Below, piece by piece: positions 1 to 12,400 of a stretch of DNA of 64,000 bases. Each line of letters starts with the position of its first letter. Position 1 is the first letter of the stretch. The notes under the pieces are model-generated. The model ran no database searches, had not been told where the DNA came from, and saw nothing but the letters and a program-made list of their open reading frames with translations. The position numbers and the translations under genes are program-made. Source of the DNA: Convolutriloba macropyga (lineage: Eukaryota); contig NC_134469.1 in assembly GCF_964194025.1 (NCBI RefSeq), forward strand, positions 64,170,001 through 64,234,000, in the 5' to 3' direction.

Positions 1-2198
1 CCAAAACAAGAAGTAGACAATTCCGAAAAATATTTTACCCCAGTCATGCAAGTTTTAATGGCCGATAAATGTTTTAATGTCAATTTCGGAGCTCCATTTC
101 CCTGTTACAACTCTACTTTGAATGGAAAAAATTTAGCTATGTTGTATCTGCTCTGGACAAGAACAGGTTTTAACTCTTTTCTACATTCTGCTTTAATTGA
201 CTCAGATCATTTCAAATACGATACATTGCTAGATTTTGTGAGAGCAGAATATCAAAAAGCCATGGACGATGTCACTAACATACGAGACAAAATACACGAG
301 TCTCTCTCATCGAGAGTGAATCCTATAGATACATACGGAGCAACGTCAGTCCGAAGCAGGAGCGCAATTGGTCTCGGAGCAATTGCTGTGCTCACTCTTG
401 GATCTTTAGCAGCAGGCCTAGGAACAAGCTCCGCACTCGGGTGCGCAGTTAAGTCCTTTCTTGGTGGTTGTGGAAAAGCAAAAGAAAACAAAGGAAATCT
501 TAAAAGACTTGCCCCTAACTTCGAATCATTGAAGGACGCTTGGGACAACTATGCAAAATCAACAAAAATTTTAATTAGTTGGATCTGAGCTTCGTGACCT
601 TAAAAAGACGCAGCAAGAGACGGCAAATACAGACACTTGAACTTCGAAATTGTTGACACCAAATTTGAAGCACTGATAAACGGAATGTTTGTGACCAACA
701 TCTCCACATTGAGACAAACCTAATCTCAATGTTATTAACCCTTTATAACAACAACAAAGCTTATAGATCGGCTGCAAATGCGTATCGGATTACAATTCTA
801 AACAATTGCGCTATTACCAAAAGACGACTTTGAGAGTATCCTGCGAGATATATCTGATGAACTCGTGAGCAACGAACAGAAGTTAACTTTAGCGATTCCG
901 CCGAATAAGATACGCACTTATACGAACCCAACTTCTCCAAAGGGTCGAGACAATCGACATTGGCCTAGTTTTCCAAGTCTCAGTACCACTCGCCTCAGTC
1001 GAAACAGAAATGAAAGCTTTCAAGGCTACGCCTTTTCCAATGCTGGATGAAAACAGCCCAGGTATAGTAACTTTCTGGTATATTGAAACAGAATATTTAG
1101 CTCAACAAGGCGACAACCAAGTTCTCTTGACGAAAGATTAATTTGATACTTGCGTTGGATCACCGGTCATAGGTATCTGTACGAATGGCTTCCCCATCGA
1201 GAAAAACCTCAAATCATGTCTCAGCTAACTTATATACCGCTACACCCATGCAGCTGTGAAAAACTGCAATATTAAATCACTTTAATTACCAATGTATGGA
1301 AAAGCGGAAAACTTAGGACATAGCAGATGGCTAATAACGTCTGTTTCGTCTAAATACAAACTAACAGAATCAATCTCGTCTGAATACCCAGGTCAAGTTG
1401 CTCTATCGAAAAATCTCAAATGTATTTTTATTTTAGAATGCGGACATACCCTATCTGGGCCAAACATAAAAATAACATCAGATTTGTCTGCCGTCAAACG
1501 AATTCCGCCGATAGGGATAGATTTAAAACTGTCCGATCTACTGAACGTATTTTCACTGAACTGCCTGAGCTGAAAGAATTACCCCATATGCCCACAATAA
1601 ATGCAGCAAAAGAAGAAATGATGGACATCAGGAAAAAATTATCAAAATTACCAACGCCGTCCTTCAACGAGGCACAACTGCCAGCCATTGCAATGGAGAG
1701 CGCGTATACACTTCAAACAATCAGACCCCAATTATCGGATAGTTTTAAATCATCTGATTCAACTTTTAGACAATTTTTTTATGGAATTTCTCTACAATTT
1801 TTGCTTTTATACTTCATACTCTGATAATCTAGGCATACATTAAATACTTACACTAAATTAAGTTCACACTAAATTTCCTTTTATGTCTCAATTCAGAGGG
1901 AAAACAATGTTTTCCAAACCAATGACGGTGGTCGATCAAGACGACTACAATTATTTGAAGAAACACTGGCTGCCCCTTGTGGAAGGAAACGTTTGTACTC
2001 CCAATCTCTAGAGCAACCGCTTGGAAAGACATGGCCAGTATTCACGGCACGGTAAACCCTCTTTCTTCCTTTGTATACCCACAACTGTCTACGTTGAGAA
2101 ACCAACAAGTACATTTACAAACTCTACCAACAGACAAAAGCTCGAGTTTCATAGATTTTGATCAGGAGGCCGGTGCCCCCGAGTATAGTTTCATCTAG
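1..2198 (+). pseudogene. Decayed envelope / class I fusion glycoprotein-like gene, probably from an env-bearing LTR retroelement; 5' end outside the window
   Basis: Frame-linked ORF pieces (46-588, 865-1050, 1292-1573, 1420-1824). Basic site VRSRS is followed directly by a Gly/Ala-rich hydrophobic peptide AIGLGAIAVLTLGSLAAGLG, then heptad-like helices, a Cys-rich ectodomain (DTCVGSPVIGICTNG...KSCLS...KNCNI...KCIFILECG) and a C-terminal hydrophobic segment FFYGISLQFLLLYFIL. Many stops and frameshifts. Confidence 0.7.
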
Positions 2199-3439
2199 AA
2201 AAAAAAAAGATAAACCCAAAAGTTTTCCAGAAAAAGGATGGCAATCCAGAAACAATAAACAAATGACGAGGAGTGGCGTAAGCGAATGAAACTATATTTT
2301 GTATACAAAGTTTTCCTAAGTCCGGTAGTGTCATATGCTTATACATATTAATATTTTTTATTCACAATAAGGATGGAATAGCAGATAAAATAGAATAACG
2401 CAAGAATGGCGATAACAATTTCTTTTGGCCGAGAAAGAAACTGGGAACTGAATAAATTTTAAATTTTAGTTCACTTTAGATATGCTACTACAGAAGAAGA
2501 CTAGCACGGATAGTGAATTAGAGAAGGATACTACTCAATATTGCCTCAACATAAATCGAAATTTTTTATATTTAACACTGACAAAATTATTTGATTACTT
2601 AGTCTCTTATTGTAATTGCTAAATACTGTAAAGAAAATCATCCCTTTTACTCAGAATAAATTGTATTGTCCCATCCTAACGTCTCTTTAATCATAGTCTG
2701 AAGAAACAAAAGAAGCGCGATCGCCCTCCCATGCATCCAATTGCACGTCTTACTTATTATTGTATTAACATAACGCTCGCAACAATCAATTGCTTCTTAA
2801 CTTTAAATTGATTGCCCCTACATATGATGACAATACGGAATATGCCTAATAGCAACAACAGTAATTAACAACGAGTAATTACCAAAAGTAGACAGAATAG
2901 GCGCACTACAAATATGGTTATCACACAAGTTCAAAAATTTTTATGATTTAAGGTAGATTGTCAACAAAGCCTTAGCTTACATGTGACTTTTTGCAAATCT
3001 GAGCGTTAAAAAGATGAAAGCTTGTTTGTATGTTTTTTCGTAACAGTAATGTGATGTGTCCGCTATAAGTGTTGCGCTATAAGTTTTTTTGCTTGATCCT
3101 TTGAAAAATAGAAATAGAGGCTTGCATAGTATTTCAAAAAAATCAAAATTAAAATTTCACAAAAATGTTAATTAGTAAGCTCGCGTTTATAGTTAAGTCC
3201 GATTTAATGTTCAATTTTGAAAATTACTTTTGACCATATCTACATCAAAATTTTCGATAATCATGCCCGCGACTGGTGCCTTTTCGTCGATATTTTGCTC
3301 TTTATGATTTTAATTGACATCGAAGAGTCAAAACCCACACATGCAGCTGGTGGTTGCAAGGATATTACTGCATTTTAATTAGAATGGAAAAGTTTTCAAA
3401 ATTGCGAAAAAAAATTGCATCAATATATATGTTTGCGCA

Positions 3440-3524
3440 TATGGGCTTGGTATGAATCGGCCTATGGGCTTGGTATGAATCTATCACTATCGGCCTATGG
3501 GCTTGGTATGAATCTATCACTATC
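3440..3524. repeat. 33-bp tandem repeat, about 2.6 copies
   Basis: GGCCTATGGGCTTGGTATGAATCTATCACTATC at 3459 and 3492, with a partial copy at 3440. Confidence 0.9.
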
Positions 3525-4766
3525 GAATAAAATGTCACGACCGAACATTTAATCTGATTTGTTAGGTGGAGGTCAAGCAAGCCGATAGGCAAGCAAGCCG
3601 AATTTTGAAAATGAGGTCATGTCAGCCGAAAAATTTTCGGATACCCGTATTTTAAGTTGCCCCTGGCGGGCCTCTCGGGTAAGTCTTCGGTCACCTACGG
3701 TAGCCAACAAAAACAGGTTGCCTAAAGTTTTAATTTTCCATCTTTCTAATGCATCATAGGTAATTATGTATAAATTATAAACGTGAAAGATTTATTTTTC
3801 TTTTTGAAGAAGTGACTAACGTGGTGATTTGAGCTCAAGATAAGCTGGTAATACACCATTGAACTGCTGTTAGCAGAATTTCGATTATTATCGCATCGTC
3901 TTGAATTTCAGTATGTTCTGTTAAGTGTAATAATGCGGGGACTATTCTAAATTTATTATCGTTTCTTCGCCGAAACTCCGTCGTTCAGGTTAAAAAATCC
4001 GATAGATGAATTAAATTAGGTGAAACTCTAGATGTATGTCTGCACCGTGAGAGGGAAATTTTATGTCTGATAGAAGCTGATTTGAAATTAATTGCAGGGT
4101 GAAAATTGCGAGTCTTCCAGTGAAGATATAAACAATAAGTTAATTGGAAAACTACTGCGATTTGGATTTTTATGTACCCCTCGATTTTAGGAAAGGGCAC
4201 TTGTCGCATGTAGATGCCGATAAGAGATTGATTTATAAACGTCCTTCCCACTAATATTATTGTTGTGTGTTTATTCCATGATAACCTGCTTGCTAATTGC
4301 TTATTGATTTTGCTCTTTGTAAAAATTTCGATCTAGTTGTTCTGATTATGTCCCTCTGTACTACTATTCGGTCTTTTTGATGTTTGTATGGATTTGAGTG
4401 CATTTATGTTTGTGATTTTCTTCTGCCAAGGCCAAAACAACGTTTTTAAAGCTGATTGTCTTTTATATTGAAGTTCGAGCTATTATGTATGGTTTTGATG
4501 TATATCATGTTTTCGTCCCCACCTTATATATTTTAAATGGCCAGGTTTGGAAGAGAGGCTCGGACGCATCTCTTAGAATTTAAACAATAGGATCTTTAAA
4601 TGATAAGTTTCAATTATGGGTTGCCTGAGTCTGTTCTCGAAATTCTGCATGACTGTTTTATCAGAAACAGAACTATATATTTTAAGTATTAGAAATAATT
4701 TTTCAGGGGAGTTATGCTGGAACGTATCTCTGAAACGTGACAGTACTATCTTGCTCCTTTGAAACT

Positions 4767-5017
4767 ATGTGTGAAGCTTCGAGGGAGGAAGCGCGTGCTA
4801 GATTTCTAGAAAGGGAGCGAATCAATACAGTGAAGTCGTCCGTGTTCTACCTGGTATTGGCAGTATGCGTTGGGCTGCCGATTTGGTGGCACACCACTAC
4901 TGTATACAGGGCCTCGCTCCCTCAGGAGGAAGTTTCGCTGCTCATGGAAAAGACTGTGCAAATTAGGGTACCGCTCTATGTCAACTTTAGCAATGAACTT
5001 GCTGATGAAGACTTCAG
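4767..5017 (+). CDS. PIGS: GPI transamidase component PIG-S, coding exon 1
   Basis: VGLPIWWHTTTVYRASLP matches the PIG-S N-terminal TM signature GLPxWWxTTxxYRAxLP. ATG at 4767; donor CAG|GTGATT after 5017 (phase 2). Confidence 0.9.
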
Positions 5018-5468
5018 GTGATTACAAAATCGACTCCCTCTAAGAATCAAGGATTAATATATAAGAATTATGGAAAAATGCTTGACATGCAAATGAGCAG
5101 AAAAGAGCTTTGATCAGTTCTTCTTCAAGAAGTATCATTGCAGCTCGTTTTTTATGTGAGCCTTTGCGTGAAAACTGGTTTTCTTTTGAACCGTTTTCTT
5201 ATGAATTTTAAACGCTTGGGTAAGATACGTTTGAGAGATGAGACTGCGCACTATAAGTGAATCATGTGTTGATCGTCTGTTAAAATTTGTGCAATCGGGC
5301 TGTTCTGCAAATAATGATTACCAAAAATTATTATTCTAGTTCGGTTTTAAGAAAATTATTGTTCTAGTTCGGGTTTAAAAGCGAGCTAAATTGCTACAGT
5401 TTTCTTGTAAGCAAGCACCTCAATTTAATTCGATCTTCAGTTGAGGTGTCATCAATTGTTTCGTTTAG

Positions 5469-5773
5469 GGATCAGATTGCAACTTTGTTGCAATACGAGC
5501 TGTCTCTGAGCTCATCTGCCCCACATTTGTCCAGTGAAAATGCAGAAAGTGCTGGCCAAGCAACAAAAACTGGCCACTATGTGAGGTGCAACTATGATGT
5601 CATAAGGGAAGACTTGTTAGCAAAGGAGAGAATGAATAAGGTGACGTCACCAAGTGGCCACTTCACTCTGTTCTTTGATATCCTTGGTGAAGATCAAGAG
5701 ATCACTCTTCTCAGAGATCAGCTCTGCCACGTGGAGCTGGATCCCAAGATGAACACTGCCTATATCTATACAG
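5469..5773 (+). CDS. PIGS: PIG-S coding exon 2
   Basis: Acceptor TTTAG|G (phase 2) and donor CAG|GTAGTA (phase 1) keep the frame with both flanking exons; open frame DQIATLLQ...AYIYT. A second GT 3 nt downstream is an alternative donor. Confidence 0.72.
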
Positions 5774-6552
5774 GTAGTACGCATATAGTTACTGACGTAA
5801 AACAAGAAGGCTCTCCTGAAACTGCGTAGTTCAGAAAGTTCAGTCGTTCTCTTTTATAGTTTAAAATAGGCGGAAGTTTTTCAATGATAGAGTATGAACA
5901 AGGAGTTGACGTGAGCAGAATGAGTTGGCTGTCGTACGAAATAAATGTTTTCAATAATTTCATCTATGCGCAAAAGAGTGGAGCGAAAACAGAGTGGTTT
6001 TTTGTTCATATCGCTGTTTTCTAGAGAGAAAAAACTCTGTATGCGAGCGAAATTTTTTCACGTGCGGCATCTTAAAGCATTTTGGTCAATTTTTTGGTTC
6101 AGAGGTTTGGTTATGATTTTGTTTTAATTTTAGGCTGGTTTTGGTAGTGGTTTGAAGGTTTCTGGAAATTCATTTGAATTTATGCTAATTCGGAGGTTTT
6201 TCATCTATTTTGCTGATTTTTGCGTTTTTTTTTGAGGTTTTACTGCCTCACAGGGGGCATTGAAAAGAACTCTATGTCTTGAGCAATTTTTAGATAACAA
6301 GTAGTTATAGTTTTGTGGATATGAATCATTTTTTTGTTTAGAATTATGCCAAAAATGGCGAAAATTGAAACTTTTTTTCTGTTTTTAGCCAAGTCTCTTA
6401 GCATATTATGCCTTGTCTATTGTTTTGCGAGCATCTGGATACCCTATTGGCTGATAGAGTTTTTCTTTGGTGTTATGTGCTTTTGTAATATTAAAAAAAT
6501 TATTATCTTTACATTTTTTAGTCCAAGATGTAAAAGCCCATTTTTTTCATGA

Positions 6553-7093
6553 TTAATAGCCGCCTCAGCCGGCTCATCTTCTCAGCCGGCTATTATAGCG
6601 CTCCTATTTTTTTTTTACTTCGTCGAACTTTTTGTCATTTTACCATTTTGCCGCTTTTTCGACATTTTGCGTGAAATCTTTTTGACATCTCTAGGCTAGT
6701 TTCTCTCTTCTCTCATTTTGCAAAAAGTGACTTTGATCATCAGTTGCTCAGCAAAGCCATTCAAAATGCACAGAGTCAGTATAAAAAATTGAAGTCAGAA
6801 ATAGAAACGGGATAAACCCATAAAGCCCAATTTTAGATGCCCGCTATTTGAAAGTCGTTCCTATAAGTCTTAGTTATCATCTCTTATGCTTATTGGTATT
6901 GATAGTAGCCCTTGTAGCCTCTCTCTAAGAAACAGAAGTATGTTCAACTACGAAATGCCATCAAATTAAATCGGACTTAAAAAATGTTTTTGTACAAAAA
7001 TCTTTTTTTTTTCAACATCTTCTATTCTTTCAATCCCAATCATGCTTATTGGAATCAACGGCGGCTATTTTCCGGCAATCTGCCGGGTATGTT
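6553..7093 (+). mobile_element. Non-autonomous Helentron-like element, family C (related termini at 20869-20893, ~21303 and 54822-54935)
   Basis: 5' TT-AATAGCCGC plus a short inverted repeat; 3' GCGGCTATT (its reverse complement) + hairpin CCGGCAATCTGCCGG + GTATGTT. Confidence 0.65.
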
Positions 7094-7419
7094 TTGGCTT
7101 TTTTAAAAATTCTCATAGGTGACAGAGAATATAAAACATCGATTTTGGCAGAGATAGTTATTTTGGGATCACAATTCATGACAAATTTTGGTCAGATTTT
7201 TTATAATTTTTTAAAACAGATCTGATTTTCTTGTTTTTTACTTTTTTGTTTTATGGTTTTGGTTCAAGATAATCATAAATTTGGGGAGGCACGTTTTGTC
7301 TGATGAGTAACTGGATGGCGTCTAAATGGATTTCCACTTCGAGTCGTTTCCGAAATTTTTTCCGGCTATGTTTTTGATCAGTTTAGTTGGAGTGAATTGT
7401 GAAGCAGGAAATGAAACGC

Positions 7420-9030
7420 GTGCAAAATTTTGGTGTGTTTGGTCCGAATCAAAATTGAAGCGTGGAACGAAAAGAGCGGTTTTGCTCATTCCGCAAATTT
7501 GGGAAAAATGACAACGAACTGAGAAATTTTTAAATATTTTTCTTAATTTTTTGTTCTAATGTTTCCTAATCTTATGTTTTCTAATGTTTTCTAAAATTTC
7601 TTGGCCTGTTTTGCTTGCCTCTTATTTTTAATTTTTTTACAATGCTCTTTTCTCTCCAATGAACGTTTTTGGCTCTATGTGCTCTTGTGAAATAAAGAAA
7701 CATGCAATTGTTTTTAAATGCCCTTTGTGTTCAAGTTTTTATAGCATTTGGGATGAGATTTTTCGCTTGACCAATTTTTCGTCTGACGCGTTTGACTTTT
7801 CGTCCTCAATAAAGGGATAAACAGGTAGCGCCCAGAGGGCATTAAGTGCTCTTAGAGCCTTTCAGCTCACTAGTCTTGAAGCATACGATTCACAGAATCT
7901 GTTTTGGAGACCTATATTTATGGTGCGAAGGGCGGTGCTTAGAAATTGACCCCCCCCCCCACTGTTGCCCCTCCATCAGCCACCCGGTGCACTCCCCCCG
8001 CTTCCCGATTACGCCCCTTCAATTAAGCTAAAGCGAAAATTTTGTTGTGTTTGGTCCGGATCAAAATTGAAGCGTGGAGCAAAAAGATAGTGGTTTTTGT
8101 CCCTTCCGCTGTTTTCGAAAGAGCGAGAAATAGGTGTACAAAATTCTACAGGCGAGCAAATTTTTGTGTTCAGGTGCGGCTTTTTTAAGTCGTTTTCTTT
8201 TTGTTAATTTTTCGGTTTACAAGTTTGATTATGATGTATTGTTTTTAGGGTTTCTTTTGATAGTGATTTGTAGGTTTCTAATCATTAATATGAATTTTAT
8301 ACCATTTGGTAGGTTTTTCAGCTTTTTTGCTGCGTTTTAAGCAAATTTTAGCAGTTTTTTTCTTTTTGTTTTTTTATACTGCTTTGTATGGGCCTTGAAT
8401 AGACGCATATTAGATATGGAGTCTTTAGATACCACGTGATTACGGTTTCATTGGTATTAAACACTTTTTGTTGGGAAAAAGGACAGTGAATTGAGAATTT
8501 TTTTATTATTCTCTATTGTTGTTTTTTTTTCCAATCTTTGAAAAATTTCTGAGCCTGCTTCGCTTGCCTTTTGTTCTGGAAGCTTTTCAATACTCTTTTT
8601 GCTCCCATGAACGTTTTTGGCCCTATGTGCTCTTGTGAAATAAAGAAACATGCAATTGTTTTTAAATGCCATTAGTGATCAAGTTTTTATAACATTTGGG
8701 GATGCCTATAATCCAAATTAGTTGTTTTTTGATGCATGTTGATGGTTATTTGCTCGCAAACAAAGTTTGTTGCAATTAGATTAGTCCTGTTGGTCTTTTT
8801 TGATGCGATTTTTCGCCTGACCAATTTTTCGTCTGACGCGTTTGACTTTGTCCTCAATAACGGGATAAACAGGCAGCGCCCAGCGGGCATTAAGTGCTCT
8901 TAGAGCCTTTAAGCTCAATCTTGAACTATACGATTCACAGAATCTGTTTTGGAGACTTATACTTATGGTGCGAAGGGCGGTTCTTAGAAATTGACCCCCC
9001 TCCCCACTGTTGCCACCCCATCAGCCCCCT
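7420..9030 (+). repeat. Two diverged adjacent copies of a composite repeat containing family E segments (7757-7980, 8748-9030)
   Basis: Shared TGTGTTTGGTCCG..ATCAAAATTGAAGCGTGG near 7433 and 8047, and the shared ...GGGCATTAAGTGCTCTTAGAGCC...GAAATTGACCCCCC block. ORFs 7846 and 8894 are near-identical by-products. Confidence 0.8.
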
Positions 9031-9034
9031 GTAC

Positions 9035-9380
9035 CATAAATCCTCCAGAAAGACGATAGATAACAATAACCAGGAAATTGGAGCTGCAAACATACGCTTA
9101 ATCAATGAGATATTCAAGTTTTCTGTAAACTATTTCCAGAAAATTCAGTTTAAATCTATCTTTTATGAACAGAACAATGCTAGTCCGCCACCGCGGGAAA
9201 GATCTCGGTTAGATTGATAAACTGTATATGTTGCTCCAGCTTTTAATTTGAGCTGGCAATCAATTGCTTCTGAAAGCCATGCTTCGGTTACCACGAATTA
9301 AGATAAATCATTTGATATGAGAAACGAAGATAGATCGTCAGATTTGCTAGTCAAAGAACGAGCATTCGATAAACGCTAAT
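9035..9380 (-). mobile_element. Degenerate APE-type endonuclease N-terminus of a CR1/L2-like LINE
   Basis: Minus strand reads LSNARSLTSKSDDL...FVVTEAWLS...YQSNRDLSRGGGLALF...VIYRL, matching the LINE APE motifs NxRSL, vTETWL, R.DR...GGGV and vYRP. Contains stops. Confidence 0.75.
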
Positions 9381-9424
9381 TACTTCAAGCACATCTGTGC
9401 CTACTCGTTCACAAATTATCTCAC

Positions 9425-12400
9425 AACAAGGAGGCTCCGTAATGTGCGATCGCACATAAGGTTCCGACCCAGCTCATCCACAACATAGAAAAACACAAAA
9501 ATTCAAGTATTTTTCAAAAAAAAAAACTGGCGTTTGAACGAAAAGATAGCCTCCAAAGCAAATAACTCAGTGGAGTAAAAAATGATGCATTAGATTGATG
9601 AGATATGCCGATATTAAGAAAGCGATCGAAGACGAATGGCAAAATCAAACAACAACAACAAACATTAATTACACCAAAAAATTTATGTCAGTTTTAAAAA
9701 ACAAAACATAATAACGAAGTCAAAATAGCGTCAGATAAAACTGAAAATAAACAAAATAACTTGTAATTCACCAGAAAAAACTGGCTACTCACCAGTTCAT
9801 AACAACGCTTGGTAACAATTAGACAAAAAAGCACAGAAACTTTAAAGTTAGAAATTTCGCTGAATTTTTTTTAAAAAAAACAATTAATTTCAAAGTAATG
9901 AAAACCATTAGGAATCAACTAAAATATCCCATAGGTTTACAATTACCAATGCTTCTAAAGAAGGTAATTAAGAACTCTCGGTATTCAATTTTTTATGCTT
10001 TTACAAAAAGAACAACAAATAGACAACAAGCAAAAATCATTTAAATTTTGCCAGAAAATGCTTTGGAAGACGTAAAGCCATACTTTGGCCCGCAAAATAT
10101 GTTCTATTGCACCATCGTTGAACACCGATAATGGATTATGTGACCACTCATTAATGAAACTAAGTAACAATTAGACAAAAGAGAAAAAATGCAAAATTAT
10201 ATACTTGTTTTTTTTTCGAAAAAAATTTTCTAAAGACATGTAAGCCATTAATTACAAAATGAAAAATTTAAATAGGTTCGTGCATTCTTCAAAAGGAAGC
10301 CCTTGAGACCTGAAATTATCCAGAATATGTCTTACGTCTACAGAAAGAACGTCACATATGACAAAAATCAAAATTTCATTTACTTTGTGAAAAACCCGTG
10401 TGGAAACCAGTAAAGTCAAAACGAATTCTCTTAAAACATTAGATTTTGTGACAACAATAGCTTTTGAGACCTTCTCTTGAAATGCATTATGTAACCACTC
10501 ATTAATGAAACTTGGTAACAACTAGACAAAAAAGAAAAAAAAGGCAAGATTATGTAATACTTGTTTTTATCGAAAAAAATTTTTCCCCAATGACATGAAA
10601 GCCATTAATTACAAAATGAAAAAATTGAATAGGTTCGTTTATTTTTCCAACGGAAACCCTCGAGACCTGCAATTACTCAGTACATGTCTCACGTCTACAA
10701 AAAAGAACGTCAAACATGACAAAAGTCAAAAATTAATTTAATTTTTGTGAAAAATCTGTCGAAGCCAGTAAAGTCATAACGAATTCTTTAAAAACAATAG
10801 ATTTTGTGACACTAGTTCTTTTGACACCTTCCCGTGACACAAATAATGTCATCTTTAACCTTTATTAAACGAGACCAGGTAACAAACAGACAATAAAAGG
10901 AACAAAATTGCGAAGTTGAAGTTTTTTTTCATTTTGGAAAACAATTGTTTTCAAAGTCATGAAAGCCATCGTCTATCTTCTAATATCAGAACATCGGCTC
11001 ATCTACTCTTCCATGAAAAGCCAATCAAACCGGGTCATTGTACGGAAAATTAAATACGACTAAAAAGACAAAGTAAAAATGACAAAGACTAAATTAAAAA
11101 TTTCAATTAATATTGAGAAAGTATTGTCGAAGTGGTAAAGAACCACAATCTATATCTTTAAGGATTTAAATACTATCAATTGTGCGTTATTTTGAACGCA
11201 AGAAATGTGATATATAAACTGCCAATAACGTGATAATTTGACAAAACTAGAAAAAATGAAATTTGGGCAAATACCTAAAAATTTTAAAAAAAAATTGTGA
11301 TTTTTTGTAGCATCAAAGCCAGAACACCATAACTTAAGGCGTAAAACCGCAATAAAGTCTAATTTTAAACCAGCAGAAAGAAGGAGCACTCTTTGGTTGC
11401 TGACACTAAGCTACAAGTTGACCAAATTATGGGAAAAATGAAGGCAAAGTCCAATAAGCCATTTTTTATTTAAAAATCAAATATTTTAAAAGTCAAAACG
11501 ACCATAAGCTTTGAAGAAATCGTATAGAAAAATGAATTTGGAGCTAATTAGAAAGAGAATAGGACCTATCACTAGTGAGCTTTGATTTGAAATGTTCTGT
11601 TATTAAATTAATATAAAAATGATCGAATTTTTTATATAAAAAACTGACTGATGACAATCCGAATTATTTTTGGATTGTAACGGTCCAAGATTGGTACAAA
11701 ACTGGTCCTGCTAATGATGATTGTCCATTAGGAGTTTTTAGTTTTTCGAATGTCATTGATATAGATATTTTTTTAGTTAAAAAATCAAAAATAAATGCTG
11801 CGTTTTTGATAAACAACAAATAAAGTTATCAAAAAACGGCAAAGTTTTAACTACAAAGCACTCTCAACGGAAGTTGAAGAAGACGAACGGTAAAATCAAA
11901 CAACAACAACAAACATTAATTACATCAAAAAATTTATGCCAGTTTTAAACATAATAACAAAACATAAAAAAACAAAACATAATAACAAAGTCAAAATAGC
12001 GTCAGATAAAACTGAAAATAAACAAAATAACTTGTAATTCACCAGAAAAAACTGGCTACTCACCAGTTCATAACAAGGCTTGGTAACAATTAGACAAAAA
12101 AGCACAGAAACTTTAAAGTTAGAAATTTCGCTGAATTTTTTTTAAAAAAACAATTAATTTCAAAGTAATGAAAACCATTAGGAATCAACTAAAATATCCC
12201 ATAGGTTTACAATTACCAATGCTTCTATAGAAGGAAATTAAGAACTCTCGGTATTCAATTTTTTATGCTTTTACAAAAAGAACAACAAATAGACAACAAG
12301 CAAAAATCATTTAAATTTTGCCAGAAAATGCTTTGGAAGACGTAAAGCCATACTTTGGCCCGCAAAATATGTTCTATTGCACCATCGTTGAACACCGATA

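Noticed and set aside
2200-2925. 3' LTR of the env-bearing element
   Set aside because: Several TG...CA candidates and an AATAAA exist, but there is no convincing polypurine tract and no second LTR in the window to confirm it.
3440-3524. CRISPR-like array
   Set aside because: Direct tandem repeats without unique spacers, in a spliced eukaryotic context.
5441-5468. Upstream acceptor for PIGS exon 2 at 5440
   Set aside because: Its phase is incompatible with the exon 1 donor; the AG at 5468 fits.
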